Shown here one piece after another: positions 30,638 through 39,697 of a stretch of DNA of 64,000 nt. A program made the translations under genes and the position numbers. Position 1 is the first letter of the stretch; each line of letters starts with the position of its first letter. The notes below the pieces were generated by a model, which saw only the letters and a program-made list of their open reading frames with translations, had not been told where the DNA came from and made no database searches. The DNA is taken from positions 32,001 to 96,000 of the forward strand of contig CAVRCJ010000006.1 in assembly GCA_963719515.1 (NCBI GenBank), written 5' to 3'. The stretch comes from an uncultured cyanobacterium. GTDB taxonomy: Bacteria > Cyanobacteriota > Cyanobacteriia > CAKZMO01.

Positions 30638-32425
30638 CTAGTGCAGATCTGCGGCCTTTAAAAGATCACGCCGAGAGCGACTCAGCCGCCGTAGCCAAAA
30701 CCCGCCGAGCACAGCTATCACTAAAGACACCCACCCCGTCAACGGCTGCAGCAGTAAAAAACCGCCTAGGGCAAACATGCTGCCAAACAGCAGCAGTATC
30801 CCCGCCACCACGCACCAAAGGCTATTGGCAAGCGACTGGGCCGGGGGGAGCCCCGTCTGCTGCTGCTGCAATCGCCACCCCGGCCCGGGGGGCTGAATGC
30901 GCCGGTAGAAAGCGTTCAATATCTCCGGAGATTCTGGGGGCGTCGCCAGCATCACCCCAATCCAAATTATCGCTGTGAGCAGGGAAGTTACCATTAGCCG
31001 CCAGCCAAAGTCCTCAATTTGCACTACGGGCACCACGCTGGTAGCCAGGCCAATCACAAACCCCGTCACCATGGCGGCTAGCTCCGCCGCTGCATTGATT
31101 CGCCACCATAGCCACCGCAAAATCAGCACTAGCCCTGGCCCGGTGCCGATAGCAATGACTAAACGGAACACAGTGCCCACATCTTGGGCAAAGAAAGCGG
31201 CGCTCGCCCCTATCAGAGTCACCCCGACCGAGGCTAAGCGTCCCGCCATCACAAGCTCTGCTTGAGAGGCCTCCGGACGAAAGAAGCGGGCATAGAGGTC
31301 GTTAGTTATGTATGACGCCCCCCAATTGATCAGCGTCGACACCGTACTCATAAACGCTGCCACCAGGGAAGCGACTACGATCCCCAGCAGCACTGGCGGT
31401 AAAAATTCTCGCATCAGCATGGGGTAGCCCAGCTCCCGGTCCGCCAAATCAGGGTAGATCACCACCGCCGCCAGAGCCACCACTACCCAGGGCCAGGTGC
31501 GCACCACGTAATGCAGTCCGTTAAATAGCCATGCCGCCTGCTCTGCCTCAGCTTCTGTCTTCGCCGCCGCCAGCCGCTGCACAAATTCTCCCCCCCCATC
31601 GCTGCGGCGAAAGGCCCACCACTGTACGAACACATAGGCGAAGAAAGTGCTGACGCTGATGCCTGCCGTTTGGCTCCAGGCGAGCCAGGGGACGTCGCCA
31701 GTGACCTGCAGCGGAAAAAAGGCCAAAATATCGAACTCGGTCGTTGCCTGGGCCTGCTCGACTAGGGGAGCTATGCCTCCCACATGATTTACCGCAATTA
31801 CCGCAACGGCGATCGCCCCGATCAGCGCTAGTCCAAACTGCAAAAAGTCGGTAGTCACGACACCCCACAGCCCCGAAAAGCCGGAGTACAGCAGCACCAG
31901 CAGACTGACAGCAATCACGCTTAGCACCTTGCCATTCTCTCCTGGGTTCAGCCCCAAGCTTTGCCACAGCTCGAGGGCGTCCACGACTTTCACCATGGCC
32001 AACATGGCATAGCCAATGCCGATACAGTTAATAGGGACAGCAAACAAAAAGGCCTTTGTTGCCCGCAGCGTCGCCGCCGGACGTCCCCCATAGCGAATCT
32101 CAGTTAGCTCAGCGTCGGTGACGATTTCGGAGCGCCGCCAGGGGCGGGCAAATAGGTACACCATCACCACGTGGCCCACACCAAAGCTCCACCACTCCCA
32201 GTTACCGGTAATGCCGCGGGTTCCGACAACGCCTGCGATGTAGAGCGGCGTGTCGATGGAGAAAGTCGTAGCCGCCATGCTCGTACCTGCCAGCCACCAC
32301 GGGAGCTGCCGACCTGAAACGAAGAAGTCGGCTAGGCTCCCAGAAGCCCGGCGAGAGAGATAAAGTCCTAGGACGAGGGTAGCGACGAGGTAGGCTAAGA
32401 CAATTAGCCAGTCGATTAGCTGCAT
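30638..32425 (-). CDS. Sodium:solute symporter family protein
   Basis: FFVSGRQLPWWLAGTSMAATTF, AAFMST; many TM helices. Confidence 0.92.
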   Translation of the reverse strand: MQLIDWLIVLAYLVATLVLGLYLSRRASGSLADFFVSGRQLPWWLAGTSMAATTFSIDTPLYIAGVVGTRGITGNWEWWSFGVGHVVMVYLFARPWRRSEIVTDAELTEIRYGGRPAATLRATKAFLFAVPINCIGIGYAMLAMVKVVDALELWQSLGLNPGENGKVLSVIAVSLLVLLYSGFSGLWGVVTTDFLQFGLALIGAIAVAVIAVNHVGGIAPLVEQAQATTEFDILAFFPLQVTGDVPWLAWSQTAGISVSTFFAYVFVQWWAFRRSDGGGEFVQRLAAAKTEAEAEQAAWLFNGLHYVVRTWPWVVVALAAVVIYPDLADRELGYPMLMREFLPPVLLGIVVASLVAAFMSTVSTLINWGASYITNDLYARFFRPEASQAELVMAGRLASVGVTLIGASAAFFAQDVGTVFRLVIAIGTGPGLVLILRWLWWRINAAAELAAMVTGFVIGLATSVVPVVQIEDFGWRLMVTSLLTAIIWIGVMLATPPESPEILNAFYRRIQPPGPGWRLQQQQTGLPPAQSLANSLWCVVAGILLLFGSMFALGGFLLLQPLTGWVSLVIAVLGGFWLRRLSRSRRDLLKAADLH

Positions 32426-32485
32426 AGCGCTCCAGACAGAACACGTGAGGTGGAATGTCTGGAGTCTATCGTGCTGCGGCCCCCG

Positions 32486-33094
32486 CTAGACGATGTAGTC
32501 GCGCCACACGCCAATTAGCCGGCCCTGCACCGACACCTGATCGGCAGGCTTTTTGATCGGCTCGTACTTAGGATTTGCGGGAGCGAGGGTGATCTCCATG
32601 CGATTACGGTAGAAGTACTTGAGGGTATTCCCCTCGCCTTCTACCCGCGCCGCGACGATGGTGCCATTCTTGAGGCGATCGGCCTCTTGAACGGGCCGCA
32701 TGATCACGATATCGCCAGGGGCGATCATGGCCCCAATCATGCTGTCGCCGTTGACCCGCAGGGCGTAGTCCTTGGGGCGCAGCTGGATGCCGGAGAGGTC
32801 GAGCCTCTCTTCCGCATCGGTGCAGGGTTCAATCAGTCCCCCCGCAGCGATTTCCCCATAGATGGGCAGGCCATTGTGGACGGATTCGGCCAGGCGGATA
32901 GTGCGGGCGCGGCCTTCAGTCCAGGCGATGTAGCCTTTAGTGCGCAGATGATCTAGCCGACTTTGAATGGGGGCTGGAGATTTGAGTCCCATGGCCCGCA
33001 TCATTTGACGGATAGAGGGGGAATGCTGGTTTTCGCGGATGTAGGCGACTAGCCAGTCATAAAGCTCTTGTTGAGCGGGAGTGAGAGGTTCCAT
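32486..33094 (-). CDS. lexA: SOS repressor LexA
   Basis: N-terminal wHTH PSIRQM; IAAG cleavage site, GDSM Ser, TLK Lys. Confidence 0.96.
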   Translation of the reverse strand: MEPLTPAQQELYDWLVAYIRENQHSPSIRQMMRAMGLKSPAPIQSRLDHLRTKGYIAWTEGRARTIRLAESVHNGLPIYGEIAAGGLIEPCTDAEERLDLSGIQLRPKDYALRVNGDSMIGAMIAPGDIVIMRPVQEADRLKNGTIVAARVEGEGNTLKYFYRNRMEITLAPANPKYEPIKKPADQVSVQGRLIGVWRDYIV

Positions 33095-33118
33095 ATGGTT
33101 TGCCTATTCTTCTACCTC

Positions 33119-33132
33119 AGAACAGTTGTACC
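33119..33132 (-). promoter_or_regulatory. Cyanobacterial LexA box (autoregulation)
   Basis: GGTACAACTGTTCT on the minus strand matches RGTACNNNDGTWCB, about 25 bp upstream of lexA. Confidence 0.8.
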
Positions 33133-33227
33133 ACCTTGGGGACGCGGTGTCCAGGTATTTGGGGGTGGATTTATAGAAATTTTGTTCTGTTGGACTGGAG
33201 GCAGCGCGGGGTGGGCTTTTAGGGCAG

Positions 33228-33914
33228 CTAGCGCTTCTGTGAGACAGACTGGTGCTGCTGCTTAACCCAGCTAAACCATTCGTCTAGCCCCGTCCCCTCC
33301 TTGGTCGATACGGGCAGAACAGGGACATTGGGGTTGACCTGGCGGACGTTGGCCTCGATTTGGGCGAGGTCGGCATCAAGGTAGGGGGCAAGGTCAACTT
33401 TGGTCACTAGCAGACAGTCCGCCTCGCGAAACATAATTGGGTACTTGAGGGGCTTATCTTCCCCTTCGGTAAGGCTCAACAGCGCCACTTTAGCATGCTC
33501 CCCCACCTCAAATTCGGCGGGGCATACCAGGTTACCCACATTCTCCACCAGCACCAAATCAAGCGCGTGGGGATCGTGCTGCGTTTCCAGAGTGCGAATC
33601 CCCCCGGCCACCATCTGCGAATCGAGGTGGCAAGCTCGCCCTGTATTGATGGCGACCACCGGCACCCCATACTGCCGCAGGCGATCGGCATCCAGTTCGG
33701 TGGTCATATCTCCCTCAATGACGGCGATCGCCAACTCTGGGGTTAGCGCTGCTAGGGTACGCTCTAGCAGCGCCGTTTTGCCTGCGCCAGGGCTGCTCAT
33801 CAGGTTGAGACAGGTGATGCCCCAGCGGTCGAAGTGACTGCGGTTGTGGTCGGCCCCAGCTTGGTTGGCGTGGAGCAAGTCAAGCTCTAGGGCTGCGGAG
33901 AAAGTTTGGTGCAT
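33228..33914 (-). CDS. ghaB: HypB-type Ni-insertion GTPase, guanidine hydrolase accessory
   Basis: [23 protein letters not shown]; in operon with gdmH. Confidence 0.88.
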   Translation of the reverse strand: MHQTFSAALELDLLHANQAGADHNRSHFDRWGITCLNLMSSPGAGKTALLERTLAALTPELAIAVIEGDMTTELDADRLRQYGVPVVAINTGRACHLDSQMVAGGIRTLETQHDPHALDLVLVENVGNLVCPAEFEVGEHAKVALLSLTEGEDKPLKYPIMFREADCLLVTKVDLAPYLDADLAQIEANVRQVNPNVPVLPVSTKEGTGLDEWFSWVKQQHQSVSQKR

Positions 33915-33920
33915 AGGGCG

Positions 33921-34298
33921 TCAATCAGAATAATTGGAGGCGATGTTCGGCCCAGCGTATTCTACGCGATCGATCTTCAGCTCTCGGCCGGAGCGAATAT
34001 CGTCCAAGGGAGAGCCGCAGGTGGGGCAAGCGTACTGTAGACCGATAGTCGGGCGGTATTCGGCGCGGCAGCCGCGGCAAAAGGCCACCAGCGGCGTCTC
34101 GCGAATGACTAACTCGGCCTGGTCTAGGAAGGTCCCTTTGGTTTGATGGGTGAAGGCAAACTGCAGGCTGGCTGGCTCAACGCAGGTGAACTGCCCCACA
34201 ACAAGATGCACCTGAGAGACCTGGGGCTGACCGGGCTGCGCCTGCCACCAGTCTTTAAGGGTGACAATCAGCGCTCGGGTCATGTCGGTTTCGTGCAT
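33921..34298 (-). CDS. ghaA: HypA-type Ni chaperone, guanidine hydrolase accessory
   Basis: MHE start, two CxxC, SGREL. Confidence 0.88.
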   Translation of the reverse strand: MHETDMTRALIVTLKDWWQAQPGQPQVSQVHLVVGQFTCVEPASLQFAFTHQTKGTFLDQAELVIRETPLVAFCRGCRAEYRPTIGLQYACPTCGSPLDDIRSGRELKIDRVEYAGPNIASNYSD

Positions 34299-34307
34299 GG
34301 CTGGGGT

Positions 34308-35493
34308 CTAGCTCCAGGCCTCATCGACAGCCATGTTCGCCTCGTCAGTGATGTAGGCGGGCTTTTCCCGGCGCGGGAGCTGCCCGGAGAGCACCAGGTG
34401 AGCCATACTGTCGCAGATAACGCGGGTGGCCATCAGCGCCGTGATGTCGCTGACGTCGTAGGGGGGGGACACCTCCACCACTTCAATGCCGCAGACTGGG
34501 GCGCGCTGCACGATTTTACCCAGCAGCATCAGCGCCTCCCGAGGCAGTAGTCCACCCGGCTCAGGCCAACCCGTCCCCGGCACAAAGCCCGCGTCAATGC
34601 AGTCGATGTCGAAGCTAATCCACACGCAGTCGGTGCCGTCGAGGGCTCGCTCTAGGGCAAAGTCAGCGGCAGCATCCATGCCCATTTCGATGATGTCGGT
34701 GACCGTGAGAATATTCGTTGAGCGCTCCCGGCATACCTTGACCCCTTGGCGAGGCACCTGCCAGCCGCCAATGCCCAACTGCACCAGGTTTTTGGCGGGG
34801 GCGTTGGCCATGTTGGTGGCGTGGAACCAGGGGCAGGTGTGCATGCGCTCGTCTAGGTCGGTTTCCTGAGTGTCCACATGGCGATCGAAGTGGATGATGC
34901 CGACTTTCTTGTCGCCGAGGTGGCGGCATACCCCCCGCACTGTGGGGAAGCCGATGGAGTGGTCGCCTCCTAGCACGATAGGCAATGCCCCCGACTGAAA
35001 AATATGAGCAATGCCCTTGGAAATTTGGTCGAAGGATTTTTCGTTGTTGGCCGGAATCGTGAAGATATCCCCCACGTCGCACAGGGTAATCTGCTCCCGC
35101 AGGTCAACGCCAAACTCAAAGTTGTAGGGGGTATAGAGAGCGGAAATTTTGCGGATGCCCTGAGGGCCAAAGCGGGTGCCGGGGCGGTAGGTGGTGCCGG
35201 AGTCGTGGGGAACGCCGACGATGGCCACGTCGTAGTTGCCCACCTGGCGCACGTCTTCGATGTAAGGGGCTTTGAGGAAGGTGTTGATACCTGCGTAGTG
35301 GGGCAGCTCGCCGCGAGAAAAGGTAGGAATGGTGCGATCGCGAATGCTGGCGGCGGCCTCTAGACCGTACTCTAGACCCTGGGACACCTCCTGCTGCCAC
35401 CCTGTCATCGGGAGGCTTGGTTTCACGCTCTAAAGCGCTTTGAGCTTCTTCGCCCTGGGGCCGCTGAAAAGTTGAATCTTCCGGTGGGGTCAT
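34308..35493 (-). CDS. gdmH: Ni-dependent guanidine hydrolase (ureohydrolase/agmatinase family), +1 frameshift near 35415
   Basis: GGDHS, HFDRHVD, HTCPW, SFDIDCID, GTGWPEPGG; closely resembles Synechocystis Sll1077; N-terminus MTPPEDS...ERETK is in another frame from ATG 35493. Confidence 0.92.
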
Positions 35494-35649
35494 GCCTGAA
35501 CCTCTGCGATGCCTTGCAACTGCTCACTATAGAAGCGCAGCCACCTGGGGTCAAGCCCGATTCTCAGTGAACAGTGACGGCGCAGCGTTGAAAAATCAGC
35601 CGAAACAAACCTTTGTGATTGACAAGTTTTGTTCATTCGTAACGCTTCC

Positions 35650-35663
35650 GTAACAGATGCTAC
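35650..35663. promoter_or_regulatory. NtcA binding site
   Basis: GTAACAGATGCTAC = GTA-N8-TAC between divergent N-assimilation operons. Confidence 0.75.
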
Positions 35664-35784
35664 TTTTTGTTGGCCTAGGGCTTGCTTCTATAGAGAGACC
35701 TAGAGGTGTTTGGCAGACAAATCTTGGCCTTCTTGTGCCGACTTTTGCGCCAAGGCGATCGCCATCCAAACTGAATATTTTATG

Positions 35785-35903
35785 ATTCCCTAGGGTTCCG
35801 GTTCAGATGCTGCTGAACGGCTGGTCCGAGAGGGGAAGCCAAACCGTCCACTGTCTCTAGCCGTGTGGCGATTCGGTACACGGCGGGATAAAAGCCCGGG
35901 AGG
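35785..35903 (+). ncRNA. Guanidine-I (ykkC-yxkD) riboswitch
   Basis: CTAGGGTTCCG...GGCTGGTCCGAGAG...ACACGGCGGGATAAAAGCCCGGGAGG consensus; context of guanidine genes. Confidence 0.93.
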
Positions 35904-35934
35904 TTCGCGTTTGTTGCCGATCTCCTGGGCTTTT
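35891..35934 (+). terminator. Riboswitch expression-platform terminator
   Basis: AAAGCCCGGGAG pairs with CTCCTGGGCTTT(T); overlaps the aptamer 3' end (ON-switch layout). Confidence 0.8.
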
Positions 35935-36035
35935 GGCGTAGCATCGCGTGACCCACCACCTAACGATAGACCGCCTGACGATAGACCAATAGAGCCCTTA
36001 CCCAAAGCGCATACGAAACAGTTTTCTTAGAGCAT

Positions 36036-37091
36036 ATGAAACGCCGTTCCCTACTTTCACTCACCCTCGCATTCGTCTGCACCTTCCTTGTTGCCGTAGG
36101 CTGCGGACAGCCGCCAGCCTCTGACTCAGACGCCGATACATCAACTGCCGACGCTACCGCTCCCGCAGAAGTTAGCGGTGAACCCATAAAAATGGGTTAC
36201 AGCAGCTGGGCAGGCTGGTGGCCCTGGAAAATTGCTGAAGAGCAGGGTTTCTTTGAGCAAAACGGAGCCAACGTTGAGCTGATTTGGTTCGATGGCTATT
36301 TGTCTTCCATGGAAGCTCTAGCCGCCGGTCAGCTCGATGCCAACTGCCAGACGCTCAATGACACCATCTCCTTTGCGGCTGACGCCGTTAACGGCGAGGT
36401 TGGGGTGCTGGTAAACGACAACTCTGACGGCAACGACAAGGTAATCGTTGCCGAAGATATCAACAGCGTTGCAGACCTAGAGGGCAGGACCGTGGCCCTA
36501 GAAGAGGGGGTCGTAGGAGACTTTTTGCTCTCTCTAGCTTTAGAAGAAGCCGGGATGAGTCGGGACGCTGTCGAAATTAAAAATCTGGAGACGGGCGCGG
36601 CAGCGACGGCTTTTGCGGCGGGCCAAACCGACGCCTTTGCGGGCTGGGTTCCTTTTTGGGAAACCGCCCTGACGCGGGAGGGAAGCAAAGAGCTGGCGAG
36701 TTCTGCCGAGTTTCCGGGCGCTATCCCCGACCTGCTGGTTGTGACCCAGACCCTGATTGACGAGCGGCCCGACCAGGTTCAGGCTTTAGTCGACACTTGG
36801 TTTGACGTCCGAGACTTTATGGCCGAGAGCGCTGAAGAGGCCAACGCAATCATGGCGAAGCGGGCTAGCGTGGACGATGCTGACTTCGAGACCTATCTCG
36901 AAGGGACCCGCTTCTTCACGATTGACGAGAATCTGGAGGCTTTTGAAGGGGGTGACGACATGACTGCTATGCCTTTTGCCGCCAAAGAAATGGCCGACTT
37001 TATGGTGGAAGTGGGCTTTATTCCCGAGGCGCCCGATCTCGAAGCGGTGCTAGACAACCAGTTTGTTCAGGCCTACGCCGACGCGCAGTAG
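36036..37091 (+). CDS. ABC transporter substrate-binding lipoprotein (NitT/TauT family), probable guanidine binding
   Basis: Lipobox AVGC, YSSWAGWWPW, NDNSDGND; directly under the riboswitch. Confidence 0.88.
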   Translation: MKRRSLLSLTLAFVCTFLVAVGCGQPPASDSDADTSTADATAPAEVSGEPIKMGYSSWAGWWPWKIAEEQGFFEQNGANVELIWFDGYLSSMEALAAGQLDANCQTLNDTISFAADAVNGEVGVLVNDNSDGNDKVIVAEDINSVADLEGRTVALEEGVVGDFLLSLALEEAGMSRDAVEIKNLETGAAATAFAAGQTDAFAGWVPFWETALTREGSKELASSAEFPGAIPDLLVVTQTLIDERPDQVQALVDTWFDVRDFMAESAEEANAIMAKRASVDDADFETYLEGTRFFTIDENLEAFEGGDDMTAMPFAAKEMADFMVEVGFIPEAPDLEAVLDNQFVQAYADAQ

Positions 37092-37195
37092 AGCCACCTT
37101 TATTCGCGCGCTGCCCTCCCTACTGCGCTCACCCTTGTAGGCAGAGTAGCTGCCCTCTCCCTGAGACTGTCTGTTGATGTTGCCCCAGGCTCGCT

Positions 37196-38035
37196 ATGCT
37201 CACCGCCCGCCCTGCCGACGCTCCGGCGTCTGAACCCAAGAGCCTCCCCCCCGCCGTCTTTTGGCGGCTACGGGAAGACATTCCTGCTCGTCTCAGCGCT
37301 CTTTTGGCAGGGCTGTCAGTGCTGATACCCCTCGCGGCCTGGTGGCTCGTAGCCGCGTCAGGCTTCGTGGAAGAGAAATTTCTCCCCTCGCCCATTACCA
37401 TAGCCCGAGCGTTAGCAGAACTGTGGCGTGACGGCTTCTTGGTGGGCGATACGCTGGCGAGTTTTCTGCGGGTGTCGGCGGGGTTCCTGCTGGCGGCGGC
37501 AGTGTCGGCTCCTCTTGGAATCTCTATGGGGTCTTTTGCCAGCGTGCGATCGCTGTTTGAACCTATTATTGGCGTTGTGCGCTACATGCCTGCCCCCGCC
37601 TTCATCCCTCTGTTGATCATTTACTTAGGGCTGGGGGAAGCGCCAAAAATAGCGCTGATTTTCATCGGCACGGTGTTTTTCAACACGCTGATGATTATGG
37701 ACGCGGTGAAGTTTGTCCCCAAGGAGCTCCTAGAGACTGCCTATACCTTGGGAGGGGCAAGGCGGCAGGTATTGCTTCAGGTGATTACCCCCTACGTTTT
37801 GCCCAGCGTCATTGATGCGTTTCGCATCAACCTGGCCGCATCTTGGAACCTGGTCGTGGTGGCGGAACTTGTGGCGGCAGAGACAGGTTTGGGGAAGCGG
37901 ATTTTGATTGCCCAGAAGTTTTTCCAGACGGATGAGATTTTCGCCTGCTTGCTTGTTCTGGGACTCATCGGGTTTTTGATGGATCTGTCGCTGCGGGTGC
38001 TAGGGCGAATAACCTGCCGATGGGCGATGGATTAA
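37196..38035 (+). CDS. ABC transporter permease (NitT/TauT)
   Basis: RYMPAPAFIPL, ELLETAYTLG, VVAEL. Confidence 0.92.
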   Translation: MLTARPADAPASEPKSLPPAVFWRLREDIPARLSALLAGLSVLIPLAAWWLVAASGFVEEKFLPSPITIARALAELWRDGFLVGDTLASFLRVSAGFLLAAAVSAPLGISMGSFASVRSLFEPIIGVVRYMPAPAFIPLLIIYLGLGEAPKIALIFIGTVFFNTLMIMDAVKFVPKELLETAYTLGGARRQVLLQVITPYVLPSVIDAFRINLAASWNLVVVAELVAAETGLGKRILIAQKFFQTDEIFACLLVLGLIGFLMDLSLRVLGRITCRWAMD

Positions 38036-38057
38036 TCTGCAGTATGAGGCAATTGCT

Positions 38058-38849
38058 ATGCATTTGGAAGTCAACCACCTCTCTAAGCAGTTTGATACCC
38101 GTCAGGGGCCGCTGGTTGCCTTAGAGGACGTCAACCTCCATGTAGAAACGGGAGAGTTTGTCTGCGTCGTCGGAGCCTCGGGCTCTGGCAAGTCTACGCT
38201 GCTGCGCCTCGTCGCCGGGCTGGACGCCCCAAGCTCAGGAGAGGTTGTAGTCGATGGCTATCCGGTCACCGGACCGGGCGCAGATCGGGGCATGGTGTTT
38301 CAAAGCTATACCCTCTACCCCTGGATGAGCGTACAAAAGAACATCGAGTTTGGGCTAAAGCTGCAGGGGGTGAACAGCCCAGAGCGGCGAGACGCCGCGC
38401 GGTATTTTCTGCAAATGGTGGGGCTAGAGCACTTTTCTCAGGCGTTGCCCAAAGCGCTTTCGGGAGGTATGAAGCAGCGGGTGGCGATCGCCCGGGCGCT
38501 GGCCTCGCGGCCTAGAATCTTGCTGATGGATGAGCCGTTCGGAGCGCTGGACGTGCAGACGAAGGAATCGATGCAGCAGTTTATGCGAGAGCTGTGGCAG
38601 AGCACGGAAACTAGCGTTCTGATGATTACCCACGACGTAGAAGAGGCGGTATTTTTGTCGCAGCGGGTGTATGTGCTGGCGGCCCATCCAGGAACGGTGC
38701 AGGCGGAGGTACGAATTGACTTACCGGCTGAGCGGACCTATCAGATCAAGTCGATGCAGGCGTTTCAAAGCTACCGGGAGGACATTATGGCGCTGCTGCG
38801 GGGGCAAAGGCTGGTAAAAGATGCCGAGGTTGCTTCGCAGGGGCCGTGA
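38058..38849 (+). CDS. ABC transporter ATP-binding protein
   Basis: GASGSGKST, LSGGMKQR, LLMDEPF. Confidence 0.95.
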   Translation: MHLEVNHLSKQFDTRQGPLVALEDVNLHVETGEFVCVVGASGSGKSTLLRLVAGLDAPSSGEVVVDGYPVTGPGADRGMVFQSYTLYPWMSVQKNIEFGLKLQGVNSPERRDAARYFLQMVGLEHFSQALPKALSGGMKQRVAIARALASRPRILLMDEPFGALDVQTKESMQQFMRELWQSTETSVLMITHDVEEAVFLSQRVYVLAAHPGTVQAEVRIDLPAERTYQIKSMQAFQSYREDIMALLRGQRLVKDAEVASQGP

Positions 38850-38851
38850 GG

Positions 38852-39649
38852 TTAAGGCGATCGCTGGGCCAGCCGCTCGGCGGTGCGCAAAATCTTGGCC
38901 GCCAGCATTGCCGCCCCGAAGCCATTGTCGATGTTCACGACCCCTAGCCCCGTTGCGCAAGAGTTGAGCATCGTCAGCAGGGGCGTCAGCCCATTGAACT
39001 GGGTGCCGTAGCCAACGCTGGTGGGCACCGCCACCACGGGGCAGGCCGCCAGACCCGTTACTACGCTGGGCAGCGCCCCCTCCATCCCGGCCACCACAAT
39101 TAGCACGTCCGCCTCGGTAATCAGGTGTCGATGGGCCAGCAGCCGGTGGATTCCGGAGACGCCCACGTCCCAAAGGCGCTGGGTCTGAAATCCACATAGG
39201 TCGGCGGTCACAGCGGCTTCCTCGGCGACGGGCAGGTCGGAAGTGCCGGCAGAGATGAGGGTAATGGTGCCGGGGTAGCGGGGGGCGATCGCGTCGGCCT
39301 TTGAGGGCTGATTATGAACAACCGCACAGATGCGCGCTTCGGGATAGTAGCGTAGCCCCGGCAGCTCTGGGGCAATCTGCTCGTAGACCTGGGGCTCAAT
39401 CCGGGTCGCCATGACTACCGGCTGGTCCTCCTGGAGGGCCTGGATGATTTTTACGAGCTGCTCCGGCGTCTTGCCCGGTCCCCACACCACCTCCGGAAAT
39501 CCGGTGCGCAAGGCGCGGTGGTGGTCTACTTGGGCGAAGTCCCCCACGGGCTCCACGTCGAAGTGCTTAAGCTTAGCCAGCGCCTGCTCAGGGGACACCT
39601 GCCCCTGAGCCACGCTGTGAAGAATTGCCTGAAGCTGATCGGGCTGCAA
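38852..39649 (-). CDS. larB: LarB/CpmA family (nickel-pincer cofactor carboxylase-like)
   Basis: SAGTSDLPVAEEA, DVGVSGIHRL, AGMEGALPSV, VNIDNGFGA. Confidence 0.9.
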   Translation of the reverse strand: MQPDQLQAILHSVAQGQVSPEQALAKLKHFDVEPVGDFAQVDHHRALRTGFPEVVWGPGKTPEQLVKIIQALQEDQPVVMATRIEPQVYEQIAPELPGLRYYPEARICAVVHNQPSKADAIAPRYPGTITLISAGTSDLPVAEEAAVTADLCGFQTQRLWDVGVSGIHRLLAHRHLITEADVLIVVAGMEGALPSVVTGLAACPVVAVPTSVGYGTQFNGLTPLLTMLNSCATGLGVVNIDNGFGAAMLAAKILRTAERLAQRSP

Positions 39650-39697
39650 AACCTATTCCTGTCCTACGATTCACCACTTCTAGGGTAGAGCAAAACG

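Noticed and set aside
33228..34298. Hydrogenase maturation operon
   Set aside because: No hox/hup or hypCDEF genes; hypA/B-like genes directly follow the Ni-dependent guanidine hydrolase
34308..35493. Ordinary agmatinase speB
   Set aside because: DRHVD/HTCPW/GTGWPEPGG variants, Ni chaperones and the guanidine riboswitch point to GdmH
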